From: Adineta vaga
Taxonomy: Eukaryota; Animalia; Rotifera
Direction: 5' to 3'
Length of the DNA stretch: 64,000 nucleotides
Assembly (NCBI GenBank): GCA_021613535.1
Contig: CP075494.1
Coordinates: forward strand, 1,302,001 to 1,366,000
Of the stretch, positions 36,422-49,200 are shown piece by piece. Below the pieces are notes generated by a model. The model was not told the DNA's origin. It did not search any database and saw only the letters and a program-made list of their open reading frames with translations. Positions within the stretch are counted from its first letter, which is position 1. Each line of letters begins with the position of its first letter. The translations under genes and the position numbers were made by a program.

Positions 36422-38038
36422 ATGTTCCTTGAATTTTTACCCAATGAAATTTTAATTCAATGCTTCGAATATTTCAATGCTATTGATTTATTTTATTCAT
36501 TTGATCAATTAAATCATCGTTTTGATTCACTCATTCGAACTATTCCATTATGTTTAACTTTTCAAAATGTTCACAACAAATTCTTATGCGATCAATTTTC
36601 TATGAAAATGTCAATGGATAAAACAATTAAACAACAAATTTATTCATTAAATTTATGCAATGAAGAAACATCTTATCCAATTCATTATTTTCTTTCAAAA
36701 TTTTCACTTTTAGAATTTACTAATCTCTGTTCTTTATCTTTGAATGACATAACAAAAAACAATTGGAGAGATCTTGAATCAATATTACCAGAAGTGTATA
36801 ATTTATCTGCTTTTCGAGTAAACGGATATGATTTCGAGGATGCTGATTTCATATCGGCATTACCAATATCAGAATTACAAACATTATTCATTCCTCAACC
36901 AATTTCAAAACCAATTCCAAAACGAATTTCAAATTCACCACTTATTCATTTAACTATTTCTGCATGTACTTTAGATGCATTATTTGATCTGTTAAATAAT
37001 ACGTCACAGCTCCAGTACTTGAAAATGGAACTCGTCAAGTATGACTATTTAAACACAATACCAAAAAGTATCAATTATAGTAATAACCATGCCAATCATC
37101 TCAAAACATTAATTATTGATACATTTGAATGCGCAACTAATGAGCTTATGACCCTTTTACAACAAACATCAAATTTAGAAAAGTTCATAATACAAAATTG
37201 TACAGATAAAAGTATTATCGATGCAAATAGATGGGAATATTTGATAAAAAATTTCTTATCAAATTTAAAAATTTTCAAATTTAAATTTGAATTCTTTGAT
37301 TCGGCGAACATTGATGAAACAATTTTGAAAGAATTTCAAAATGATTTTTGGTGTAATCAACATCATTGGTATACAGAATATGTTATAGACGAAAGTTCAT
37401 CAGGATCAATTTATACTATTCCATATCCATGCAATAAATTTGAGTTTGGATTATTTCAGATAGATGAAAAAAGATATCAGAATGGATTAATCAATTCGAT
37501 GAATACATTTGATAATGTCAAATATTTGACAATTGATGTTCGAATGCTTAAAGGAAATAATTATTATTTTTCTAATATAAATTCATTAATATGTGTCTAC
37601 CAATATAGGTCGCGCAACAGTTATATTGAAATAACACATTCCGAATTTAAAGCTATGCAAATGATGGTCAATTTATCAAGTGTAAAGCATTTGTCTCTTG
37701 TTTATACACTATTTGAAACATCGGATATATTTAAAGAAATGTTTCGATCTACAACACATTTATCATCATTAGATATTTCATTACCTTATTTAATAAGTTT
37801 ATTCAAAGATACTGAATTATGTCAATATTTAAGTAAATCTATTAAAAATTTGGGCCTGAGTCGTGGTTCATTTCAAAAATTCGATGAATTAGAAGAATTT
37901 TCTAAAATATTTGTTAATCTTGAACAACTTCATTGTTCTTTAGATGAAGCAGATATTTTATTTTTAATTAAACATTTACCTAAATTAGAATATATAAATG
38001 GTGATATGGTCCAAAGAGTTTTTGATGACCTGGAATGA
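36422..38038 (+). CDS. F-box / LRR-like protein
   Basis: N-terminal LEFLPNEILIQCFEYF..IDLFYSF..LNHRF F-box; degenerate LxxLxL repeats; W..LI...L..LKIFKF and F...FW...W motifs; intronless. Confidence 0.85.
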   Translation: MFLEFLPNEILIQCFEYFNAIDLFYSFDQLNHRFDSLIRTIPLCLTFQNVHNKFLCDQFSMKMSMDKTIKQQIYSLNLCNEETSYPIHYFLSKFSLLEFTNLCSLSLNDITKNNWRDLESILPEVYNLSAFRVNGYDFEDADFISALPISELQTLFIPQPISKPIPKRISNSPLIHLTISACTLDALFDLLNNTSQLQYLKMELVKYDYLNTIPKSINYSNNHANHLKTLIIDTFECATNELMTLLQQTSNLEKFIIQNCTDKSIIDANRWEYLIKNFLSNLKIFKFKFEFFDSANIDETILKEFQNDFWCNQHHWYTEYVIDESSSGSIYTIPYPCNKFEFGLFQIDEKRYQNGLINSMNTFDNVKYLTIDVRMLKGNNYYFSNINSLICVYQYRSRNSYIEITHSEFKAMQMMVNLSSVKHLSLVYTLFETSDIFKEMFRSTTHLSSLDISLPYLISLFKDTELCQYLSKSIKNLGLSRGSFQKFDELEEFSKIFVNLEQLHCSLDEADILFLIKHLPKLEYINGDMVQRVFDDLE

Positions 38039-38388
38039 ACAAAAACTAGAAATATCTGGTTTAGATATATTTTATAATTTGAATATTGGTAACAATATCA
38101 ATCGTTTATCGATTTCGATCAATCGAAATACGAATATTAATTAATCTTTTATATTAGTTTTATATTTTTTATAACATTGATTTAATCAAGACTCAATTAA
38201 TTAAGAAAAATATTTGAAATAAAAGAAAAAGAATTTCATAATTATTTCGAAATAATACGATTCTACAGATGTTGACAAAAAGAAATGAAACTCTATTGTT
38301 AATAGATGAGATTTCATAGCGATGAATGATTATACTAAAAACTGTTCAAATGATATTCAATTTTTATAGTTTCTCAGAACAAAATTGA

Positions 38389-39480
38389 CTATATAGAAAA
38401 AGCAAGAACGATAAGATTAAAGATCAAGATTTCCTCAAAAACAAATACTGATAATGTTTGTACATCTGTATATCCAAAACAAAATGAACCAGCCATTATT
38501 GATGTAATACTTAGAGTTGTAGTAGTTGATGTTTGTATTACAGTAACTGTATCAATCGGACAGCAGCATAACCATTGTGAACAGAGAGATCTGACAGCAA
38601 AAGTACCCGGCCATGGAGGTAAGTTTCGTACAGTAGACGTCATTTGTATACTACTCGTACTTGTAGTCATTGAAGAAGCGGTAATGCTGACAGTTGAGTT
38701 GATACTTAACGTAGTTGTTAATGTAGACGAATATGTATTATTTATTAATCGAATACCCATTACACTACATTTCGGATTCAATAGATTTGTTATTATCAAT
38801 GTCTTTGTATTTTCACTGAGATGAAAATAGTAAGGAGATTGATTCATTCTCAATGTCATGTAGCTATTAGTTGAATATGTTGTAGTTATTGATAAAGATT
38901 GTGTTCCATCACATTGTCCACTGAATGCAAATGACACAATAAGGATGGTCAATATTGGATGTTCTAGAGTCGGGAAGTTATTTACACAACAACATTGCGA
39001 TTGGTTACAACTGGCACTATTAATAACGTATGCACCTGTCCAATCAAGAAGTTAGTTACAGTATTAGTTGTAATAACAGTTGTTATTATCGACGAATTTT
39101 GATCCTTCTCCACTAAAATATGGTATCATTGCTTTTCAATGAAAAAGCTCTCATTAAAACTAAATCTTACTAGTTCCAGTTTCATTCTTGTTTCGAATGA
39201 CCAAAGCAACTGCTACAATGATAACTACAATAGTAACAATAACTAAGATAATGATGAGTAGAATCAATATCCATGTTTTAATAGAACTTGATGAAAATAA
39301 TAAAATTATTTAAATAAATATAATTATATGAATAAACCCAACTTACTGTTCTCTAATAGAAGTATTCTTTGAGAATAGATTCTCTGAGTGTGTCGTTTGG
39401 TGTTCGATATTGCTGAGAGATCAACGAAAAAATTGTTCGAAATAATGCTGCAACAAATATGCTTACATGCTCTGGGTATA
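38389..39480 (-). pseudogene. Type II membrane protein with two WxG...CxQxxCCC modules and Thr-rich linkers, probably disrupted
   Basis: Exon 39290-39170 encodes TM WILILLIIILVIVTIVVIIVAVALVI; downstream WTGAYVINSASCNQSQCCC and WPGTFAVRSLCSQWLCCC; apparent frameshift near 39050; ends unclear. Confidence 0.5.
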
Positions 39481-40719
39481 TTGGAAACCTGCATCTACTT
39501 GATTTTACTCGTTGGTGCTATAGGTACTGTTACAACTTATTATGCAGTTACAGAATATGTTTTAACAATTACTGATGAAAAACCAAATTTAACGACATAT
39601 CTTAACTTATATAAACAATATAAATCTACTCTGACATGTTCATGTATTCAAATTGCAGTTCCATATAAAAATTTTTTTACTGTTAATCCATCATATCATC
39701 AATATTGTTCGAGTTATTTTAATTCAAAATTATGGCTTGGTATTATACAAAGTATTGAACTTTATTTAGAAAGAATAGGTAATCCAACTTTAGTATCACC
39801 TGCGTCTGCTTCGATGGCATTAGCAGATCTTTGTCGTATTTCAGTGAATACTGTTACTGATTCATTGATTTTCTTTTATGATTCGACTCTTATTAGTGGT
39901 TATACAATTCCATCTGTTATTTTCGAATCTCAAGTTCAATCAATTATAGATTTGTTTACTAGTACGACGGCAAATTCATTTAAAAGATCTGCTACATTAA
40001 TACGACGATTTTTAGCTAATGATCAAGTTTTACGTGGAGCTCATGAAACAAATTTTTATGGAACAGTCGATACAACATTTCAATTACAACAAGCATCCGT
40101 AAAATTTAGTTTTAAAACAAAATTTCTAAACGATACACCATGTTATTGTTACATTGATTCATCGTGTATTGAATTAGCTTCTATACAAGCGTTTGGTGAT
40201 AATTCACGTCTTATAACTATTCCAGGTATTTATGTTGGTTGTTCAATTATACAATCTGTCTATAAATCTACATTACAAGCATTTCATGATTCAACATTCA
40301 TTTCTAGTATACCAGTTGAACCTCTTAATGGAATTGCTAAAAGTAGATATAATACTACAATACCAATAAGTATAATTGTAGAACAACTCTTTGTCGAAGA
40401 TTGGAACACAACATACTCATATGAAAAATATTATTTTGGTTGTCAACCATCATCATGTTCATACATAATTCAAACACGTCGACAACCAGTAGAAATCTTA
40501 ACTTCTGTGTTGGGTATAATTGGTGGTATAACAACAGTTTTAAGAGTTATTATACCATTGATTATAGATACGATTGATTCATATTTTAATTCAGAAGAAA
40601 CAGAAGATATATCAACAACTTCTGTCAACGATAAACGTAAGAGAAGCGATATGTACAAAGAAACAAAACATAATATTAATCGTGATCTCACCAATATTAA
40701 TACTGAAGGTGGAGAGTAG
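39388..40719 (+). CDS. Two-TM protein with Cys-containing ectodomain (rotifer-type uncharacterized family); 5' end uncertain
   Basis: TM, LY..Y..TLTCSC, PSYHQYCSS, CYC...C, PGIYVGC, LFVEDW...SYEKYY..CQPSSCSY, second TM with LGIIGGI; 443-aa open frame. Confidence 0.7.
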   Translation: MCRLVFDIAERSTKKLFEIMLQQICLHALGILETCIYLILLVGAIGTVTTYYAVTEYVLTITDEKPNLTTYLNLYKQYKSTLTCSCIQIAVPYKNFFTVNPSYHQYCSSYFNSKLWLGIIQSIELYLERIGNPTLVSPASASMALADLCRISVNTVTDSLIFFYDSTLISGYTIPSVIFESQVQSIIDLFTSTTANSFKRSATLIRRFLANDQVLRGAHETNFYGTVDTTFQLQQASVKFSFKTKFLNDTPCYCYIDSSCIELASIQAFGDNSRLITIPGIYVGCSIIQSVYKSTLQAFHDSTFISSIPVEPLNGIAKSRYNTTIPISIIVEQLFVEDWNTTYSYEKYYFGCQPSSCSYIIQTRRQPVEILTSVLGIIGGITTVLRVIIPLIIDTIDSYFNSEETEDISTTSVNDKRKRSDMYKETKHNINRDLTNINTEGGE

Positions 40720-41470
40720 AATTAGTTACGATTTACTACTGAAAACGAATGTAAACAAATTAATACCAAGGTGATTTTTTGTTCTCTTTCTCGTAGAGAA
40801 GAGTCTTAGAAACATAAATTGATTGCTTGTGTATCCGCAGGGTCAAAAAAACATCGAAAATCATTTTTTCTTCAAAAAGACATTTCTAGAGGTATTTCGA
40901 TGCGGGGAGTTCGAATTTGATGTTATTTTTTTAAATTCTTTTTAAAAAACGTTTTTTTGGAGAAAAGACCATTTTTTACGAAAAAAAAAGTATTTTTTTA
41001 GGCAAAGGACCGTTTTTTACACATTTGACCAAAACACTTTTTGGGTTGGGGAACAGGAATCTAGTATTAGATTTTTGAATTTTTTTTATGACTCATTTTT
41101 TTCAAGAAAGGATCACTTCTTATGAAAAAAAACTGTTGTTTTTCTAAAAGTTGACCATAGGGTTTTCGAGGTATGGAGATACGAATCTAACATCAGCTTT
41201 TTAAAGTTTTTTACAGAATAAAGTTATATACGCGATAAGGCATTAGAAATGTAACATCTGAGAAAGAGCTGAGCGAGTCTGTTGACGAGCGTTACTTGTT
41301 TTAAAAATGGTGTTTTGTCAAAGTTTTCCTTTTCATTCTTTCAAAATTGTATTTTTAAAACAATGTAAAAAAATTCATAGTTTCTTTATAGACGATATGT
41401 TTAACCAAACTATGAGCCAATATGCATGACAACTACTAGTGACCATCAGAGGGCGTGGGTGTGGTTGGGT

Positions 41471-41539
41471 CAGAGATGGGTAAGTCAGCGATTTTTTGCC
41501 TCAAATCAAGTCAAGTCTGACTTGACTTGCCCATCTATG
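41471..41539. mobile_element. 69-bp hAT MITE
   Basis: TIR CAGAGATGGGTAAGTCA / TGACTTGCCCATCTATG (15/17); perfect 8-bp TSD GGTTGGGT. Confidence 0.85.
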
Positions 41540-42122
41540 GGTTGGGTGCATCAGTGTCTGTATCCACAGACATAAACACCCACACTACCCATCCTTTCAG
41601 TTTTAATTAAGATCCATTTTTCTTCTTAAAGTTCAGATTGAAATTTGAAAGATCATTACATGGTTTCTCTTGTAAACAAAAGACTTGTTCTGCGATGTCA
41701 TCTACATAATTAATAATCCATTGAATTTCAGCCGACGTAATTTAATAGAAAATCGGAATAAAAACATCCATATAAACTAATTAGAAATATAACAATGAAA
41801 GTAATACTTGTTTCTACTACGACGACAGTCATAGAAATGCGCAGTTGCAGTGCAAATACTGAAAAACTGTGACTGTCAGCGCTGACAGTGGTTCAGTAAC
41901 GAACCGACGGTGCTACCAGTATTGAGTAAACTGAAATTGTGCATCCCCTACGATGACATAAAAGAGAAATTGTATTGAAATCCTACATATTAATACGTAG
42001 AAATGGTTTATTGTCGGCGAGCAGAACAGAATTAGTGTGTGCGCATACAAAATTGAAACATATTTATTGGATTGTATAGAGTCTAGTTCGTTATTTTCTT
42101 GTTCGTTTTTGTCAGAACAAAG

Positions 42123-44354
42123 ATGTGGTATAAGTCCATTCATATCGTCTCTTTTGCTCTTTTTTGTATGCTGAATGATGTTCGCGGTAGTCATTTTCGT
42201 GGTTCGATGATATCATGGCGCGTACTCAACGAAACGTCGTCGTCTGTTTTGCTCGAAATTCTGCAACGGCATGCCTGGCGTTATGATTCCTATGCTCCTT
42301 ACTGTACAGATACCACTATCGGGAACGGACAGCCTCTGTTGGGAAGCGGTAGTAATATTGTTTGTGTGAGTACTTGTCCAATCGGTGTGTCAACACTTGG
42401 GAGTGTTGCAGTTCCATGTACAGGTTACAATATTTATGAACAGTATGCAATGGGTGAAGGACGATTTAGAATTTCCGTACCACGAAATGCAAGCTTTGTC
42501 GCAGCATTCAGTAGTTCGGCTTGGTTTAATCTGGTTACTGGCGCAAACTTGGCATGGAGTGTCGCCGTTCGAATTCAGACTTTTAAACGAATCGATACTG
42601 GTCAATACAATAATGCACCTGTCATCACCATGCTACCCATTTATCGACTACGACAGGGGAGAGCTTATTCATTGAAAATCAATGTTGCTGATAATGATTT
42701 CGATCCATACATATGTCTATGGTCGCAAGGTTCGACTCAGTGTGGCGGACTGAGCAATAGTGTGCCGGGTGGTATCGTGGACAATTATGGATGCTACTTA
42801 AATTTTACACCAACTGCAGTAGGTTTCTACGCTGCAGCGTTGACTGTCGAGGATTTCATCACATTACCGGCCAGTATCTCATCGAGTGCTTATCTTTCTC
42901 AAGTGCCTATTCAGTTCGTCTTTCATGTTTACAGTTCATCATATTCTTGTGACACCGGTCCTGTCTATATCGGTGATCTGGTGCCTGACATTTGTATCTA
43001 TGTGTCAGTAGGTGTGAAATACACAACAAGTGTTCGTTTTAAAGTACAATGTGCCAATACTACTGTTGACAGTTATATCAGTGTGAATCCATCTGGTTTG
43101 TTGACTACATCTCTTCAACAAGATCCATTCGATCCGACGATCTTTGCTTTTCTGGCGAGTTTTACTTCGAGTATATCACAAGTGGGTCAGAATCTGTTCT
43201 GCTTTGCTGGTATTGATTCGATTGGAAATCAGGGCGATTCCATATGTCTTCGTTTTACTGTTGTCAGTGAAACAGGCAGTTTGCAATCATTGTATAAAGC
43301 GAATGCAACACGATATCCGATGGGAACAGTGTCAAAAACAACATCCACATGGACTCTTTTCACAGGAACAAAAACGTATATGCGACCGACAGCTGAAACA
43401 TACATTCGATTCAAACGCACGTCAGACAATAGTGACTTTTACGTACTAAATGTGATCACAGCTACGAGCAATGTTTTGTATTTCTCGAACCGACTGGTAA
43501 TCATCTCGAATGTAACATGGACACCAGGTGAACGCTTCTATATTCATTTTGATTCGGGTGTATTCATTGAAGCGAGCACATGTATGAAAGATGCAATGCT
43601 AATCAATGATCCAAACTTCTGGTCATTTGATATTCCGTATGAAACGACAACATCAAGCACAAGTAAATCGATCATTGATATACTGAGTTTATTGGTAAAG
43701 ACATATGTTGTTATTTTACTTGTAGCTTCAACCTCCACCACGTCTGTATCGTCCACAACAACAATCCGCACGGTGAGTGTTTGTACTATGAGTTGTCATT
43801 GGAGCTCCGAACAAAGAATACTAGTATAGACGAAATGAAAAACACTCTCCTCTCACTTTACTGAGAACTGACAAAAAAAGATTGTTAGTGTATGTTTCTC
43901 TCTTTCGAAGACACCAACACGACGAACAATAGCAACATCGACAACAACGACTTCCGTCAGTACTTCTACTCTGACAACAACCACAATAACGTCAGTCATT
44001 ACCGCAACTACTACTACATCACGACCATACAAGTTACCTATCAGTGGTATCGTTGGAATTATTCTCGGAAGTTTATTGTTCTGTGCTGGCTTGTCATGGT
44101 TGATATTTTCCGTCGTTCGTATCTGTTTGATTCGTTCATTTCTTCTGGATTGGGGTCTTCGGCAACAATTGCTAAGTATTCATTCGACGACAACACCGAA
44201 TCTACCTTTTGATCGACGAGGAAGCAAGAGTATCCAGATCATCTCTGAATACAAAATAACGACACGTCGTTTTCAACGACACCATCGACGCTCATATTCG
44301 GTGCTTTCGAATGCGAGTTTACCTGAAAAGAACTTGGTTGAAATACACATTTAA
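42123..44354 (+). CDS. Type I membrane protein: signal, SHFRG-motif ectodomain, Ig/cadherin-like and Big-like domains, Thr-rich stalk, TM, tail (exons 42123-43662, 43726-43772, 43911-44354)
   Basis: MWYKSIHIVSFALFCMLNDVRG|SHFRGSMISW; NNAPV..INVADND.D; GT-AG introns 43663-43725 and 43773-43910 join the Thr-rich exon to TM GIVGIILGSLLFCAG in frame. Confidence 0.8.
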
Positions 44355-46201
44355 AGGAAGACTTGAGGGTGTGAGAGTGTGGATGTGGGGACTACATCTA
44401 TCTAACACCCACACCCTTGCAATTAGAAAAACTTTCGTGGTGAAATCATAGTTTTAAAATGTTGGAATTTAGGAAAATTTTAATTATCCAAACAGATAAA
44501 TATAGTCCATCGATGTTGATATACAAACATCATGGAGACTAAAATAATTAGTAAACCTATTTCTTACAGCTACAATAGCACAAAAGTATTACTTCCTGAG
44601 AGTATGCGAGTGAGTGAAGGTGAGAGTATGGGCGATGAAGGTATTGATGGTAAAGGTGGATATGTATATTCCTATGGATGTAAGTGGATGTATCCGCGTA
44701 GCTGTCGGTGTGAATACGAGGCGCGCGTTTCAACATCTATGACTATGCACCAACTGTGTCTTCAACAACAACCATATCAACACCAATAATCTCACTCTTA
44801 CATACATATATGTCCTTACCTATCCATACTTTCATTCATTCTCACTCATCCATATACCCAATTCCAACTCATATTTGCAGCGAAAATCACTCACACTGTG
44901 AGCAATGGGATACTTGACTCTTATCTGCACTCCAAACATTAATTGATATGACAAAATAGTAACTTTCTTGCATAAGGCAAAAAAAGAATTACAGTGTATT
45001 TTCCGTGACGGAATCACGCTATAAAATGCGGTACTTTATGAAAGTAAATAGCTTTCTCGAGAAACGATGAAGCCAAGATTTTATGACACAAATAAAGGGT
45101 TCATGTAAGTTATATAATCATCATACAACCATAACGTTGGAAAAACATCAGATCATAACCGAGACACATTTTCTAGTTATCAATGGTACTCCGAGCGCAC
45201 CTCGTGTCAGCAAGTTTTTTTCTAAGCAGATACACGCTCAATAATTTTAAAAAATGAACAAAACTTGAAATAGAAACCGCATCTGCTAAATTTCGAATGG
45301 AATCTGGGCTCGAGAGCTTAGGTCGACCCGCAACTCCCTAACTCAGGCATACTATACTGAGAGAGATATGTAGTTCTACGGATTTTAAGATTATAAAAAT
45401 CATTTGCCTGTCCCCTGAAAGAATTGAAAGATTACTTTTTTCACGTTAAAATATATTCAAAATATCTCAAATTTCACTTAATTGCACAACGATCGTGAAA
45501 ACAGTTTCATTGAGTCTCATCTATAGGCCTATTCATCTTTATGGAAAAGAAAAATCCATATCATTTTAACGACAACATCTGTCTCATAGAAAAAAATGAA
45601 GTTAATATTAATCATTACTGTTGTTCTTATTTTATGGAAATAATTATTCATTCTTTCCTTGTTTTACAGCGTTCAGTAATTATATCAGAATTAATGTGTT
45701 CCTACGCGTTAGTCGAGAATTATTTTTCAATGAATTCTTTCTTATCGTTCTACCGCGTTTAGTAAGATAAATAGAAATCGTTGTTTTTTAATTACTATAA
45801 GCAAAACCTGATGCCATAAAGCTGTCTAAGTAACATCTTAAGTCGATGAAAAATGCGCAGTTCGTATATGTTCGTAGACGACCTATCACTAGACGAAAAA
45901 GCAAATATTCTATTTTACTCTTTTGTGTAAAAATATTCATTCATAGAAAATCAGCGTTTTTTTTGAAAAAAAAACATGTTCAAACAATTTTATCAAATAT
46001 TTAATCATTACTTTTAAAATGTATGAGAAAATAATATGTAAGTTAACATTAGTCTGTCTGATAAAATTATTTTCATAATTGTCATGTTTTTAGAAATACG
46101 CTTAAAGGTTCTTCATACCTTAATGTTCAAGTAAAGAAAATTCTTCATGAACACTGATGTTTTTCATATTTTAGATAGTATTTTCAATCAATCAATCAAT
46201 A

Positions 46202-49200
46202 ATGATGTTGATTTTCTTGAAAATTTTCTTTGATTTTATGATCATATGTTTACATGTTAGTTCGTATGAAATTAATTTGGAATTGACTGATTGGACATCC
46301 AATATCAATGAAATTAATATGGACTTACAACATGATTGTCTTTACATTTCTATGTCGATTGAACCTCAAACAATATCTTGGCATCTTGAACATTATAATA
46401 TTACACGAAATTTTCGTCAAATGACCTCATTATGTTTGAGTGAATGGCCATCTACATGGAAGATTCAGGATAATACACAAGATCAACAATTTACTTTTTC
46501 TCGATTGGCTGACTTAAATATAACCAGTCTACAATTATATTATTGGTCAGCACCAATAGATATTATTGAATCATATCAATTCTATTTGAATCAACTATCA
46601 ACTTCAAATGATCTATCGTTATCGAAAACTATTTTTTATAATTGTACATCACCAAGATTTGGTCCGCAATGTCAATATTCATTTCCATTTCGAACAAAAC
46701 AAAAACTTTCATCAGTCCATGAATTAATTCATAGATTCTATATAGCCTTGGGATATCCAGTAGATGATTTAATATGTTATGATCATTTACAATGTTATTT
46801 CGGTTCAACATTGTTATGTCTTGATTGGAATCAAATCTGTGATGGTTTCATTCAATGTACTAGTGGAATTGATGAAAACTATTGTTGGCAAATGGAAATA
46901 AATGAATGTAAAGAAAATGAATATCGATGTCGAAATGGTCAATGTATACCCTTAGTCTTTTTTGATGATAATCCAATTGCTGCTGAATGTTTAGATAGAT
47001 CAGATACAAAAGAAAAATTTGATTGGAATATCGAATTACGAGAAAAATTTGATTATCTACGACCAGTATTTTTGAATGAAGAAGTACTTATTTTTAATGG
47101 TACTGCTCATTTTGGATCATATTTTGAAGTACGTAATCGTCGAGCTTTTTTCGTTCATTATATGATGTTAGAACAAACACATTCTATGTCAAATACATGT
47201 TGGTTATCACTTTATTGTTATTTGGGATTTGAAATTCAGATGGATAAAATTTGTCATGAAATCTGTTCAAATGAACATTGCCAAGAAATGATGAATGAAA
47301 GTTGTGCAGACATGTTTTATTTACCATCTGTACCAATTGCTTTCGGTCATATCTATTTAGCATATTCAAAACAATATCTTATTCAACAGAAAATATGGAC
47401 AAATGCACCTGAATATATATGTTACAATGAACAATTATGTGGTGGTTTTAATTCTAATGAAGAAATACTTTACTTTAACAATAGTTTATGTCGTCGCGTT
47501 CAAGATATTCTCCCAAATGTTATATCAGATAGAGATGCAATTCAAATGATTTGGAATTATATTCATCAAGTTTCGATGTATCTTACGAAATGTAATACAA
47601 TTCTACAAAATGATACAATAATTTGTGATAATCAAACGATGTATCAATGTTTGAATTCTTCGAAATGTATAGGAAAAATTCGTATTTTTGATCAATTTCA
47701 AGATTGTGATTATGGAGATGATGAAGATATACAAAATAAGATTTTAATTAATGAAATTTGTTTAAACGAACAATCTTCAACACATTTTATATGTCCTAAT
47801 ACAAATAAATGTATTTCTCGAAAATTAATACGAAATTCACAATGTGATTGTGAATACTTAGATATTGAACATTTGATATGTCCTGATGAAGATATTGAAA
47901 AGAAATCTATTCGAGAAATTATATCATTTCCAACGATTTGTAATGGTTTTAATGATTTAAGTCCTATAATTATTGATGGACAAAATTATACAGATGAAAC
48001 TGAATGTGATCAATGGATTTGTAATAATCCATATACTCGATGTAATGGTTATTGGGATTGTTATGATGGAGCTGATGAAATTGATTGTCAACAATTTTTA
48101 TTAGATTTAAATTGTTCAAATCATAGTTTCTTATGTATTTCATCTCTTACACATAAATTTATATGTCTTTCAATGGAGAAAGGTAATGATGGTCATATTG
48201 ATTGTCTTGGTGGTACTGATGAACCACATTTATGTCGATATAATACTCAAATTTATGATAATGGATTTTACTGTAAAAGTTCACAAACTTTGTTACCCAT
48301 TTGTATTCAACGTCATGAAATTTGTTATACTAATGTAACATGTTCAAATATGGAAATGTCTAAGCTTTGTAAAATGAATTTTGAACAAAATATGTTCAGA
48401 ACTGGTGTCTGTGATCGAGGTAATTTTGCCATTCTTAATACAATAGATATGCGAATATGTTATCTTTTTCGATTTACTCCACGACATGAAATTCAACATT
48501 TTTCTCTCGTTGAAATAAAATCAATATATCGAGATGAAGAGAGAATACCAATACCAGTTGATACTCTTATTGATATATTTGATCCAGTTAGAGAACATTG
48601 TTATCGTGGTGTACCTCTAACAGTTACATTAGATTTAAATAAAAATTTCTTTTATACAACATGTTTATGTCCACCAAATTATTATGGTACACATTGTCAA
48701 TATCAAAATGAACGAGTTAGTTTTACAATGAAACTTCAAACATTTTCTGATTCTTGGCAAATACAATTTCTTTTAATTATTTCTCTTATTGATAATAGTT
48801 ATGAAAGAATAATTCATTCCTATGAACAAATAACGTATTTTCCAATAGAAAATTGTCAAACATCATTCGATATTTATTTAATTTATTCCAATCGACCAAA
48901 AAATCAAACAAAACATTATTCAATACATATTGATATTTATGAAAAATTATCATTAAATTATCGTGGAAGTTTTCTTATTCATATACCGTTTTTATTTCTA
49001 CCTGTACAACGTATTGCAAGTCTTTTAAATATTCCATATAAAAATTATCCAATGAAAAATTGTTTTCTAAACGAATGTTTACACGGTGAATGTATTCGAT
49101 ATTTTCAAAATGATAAAACATTTTGTAAATGTTTTTCAGGATGGACAGGTCAATTTTGTACAATTAAATATCAATGTAATTGTTCATTAGATTCAATTTG

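Noticed and set aside
40838-41230. Repeat with recurring GGG...GAATCT...TTTT motifs
   Set aside because: Probably a decayed MITE, but termini and TSD could not be defined.
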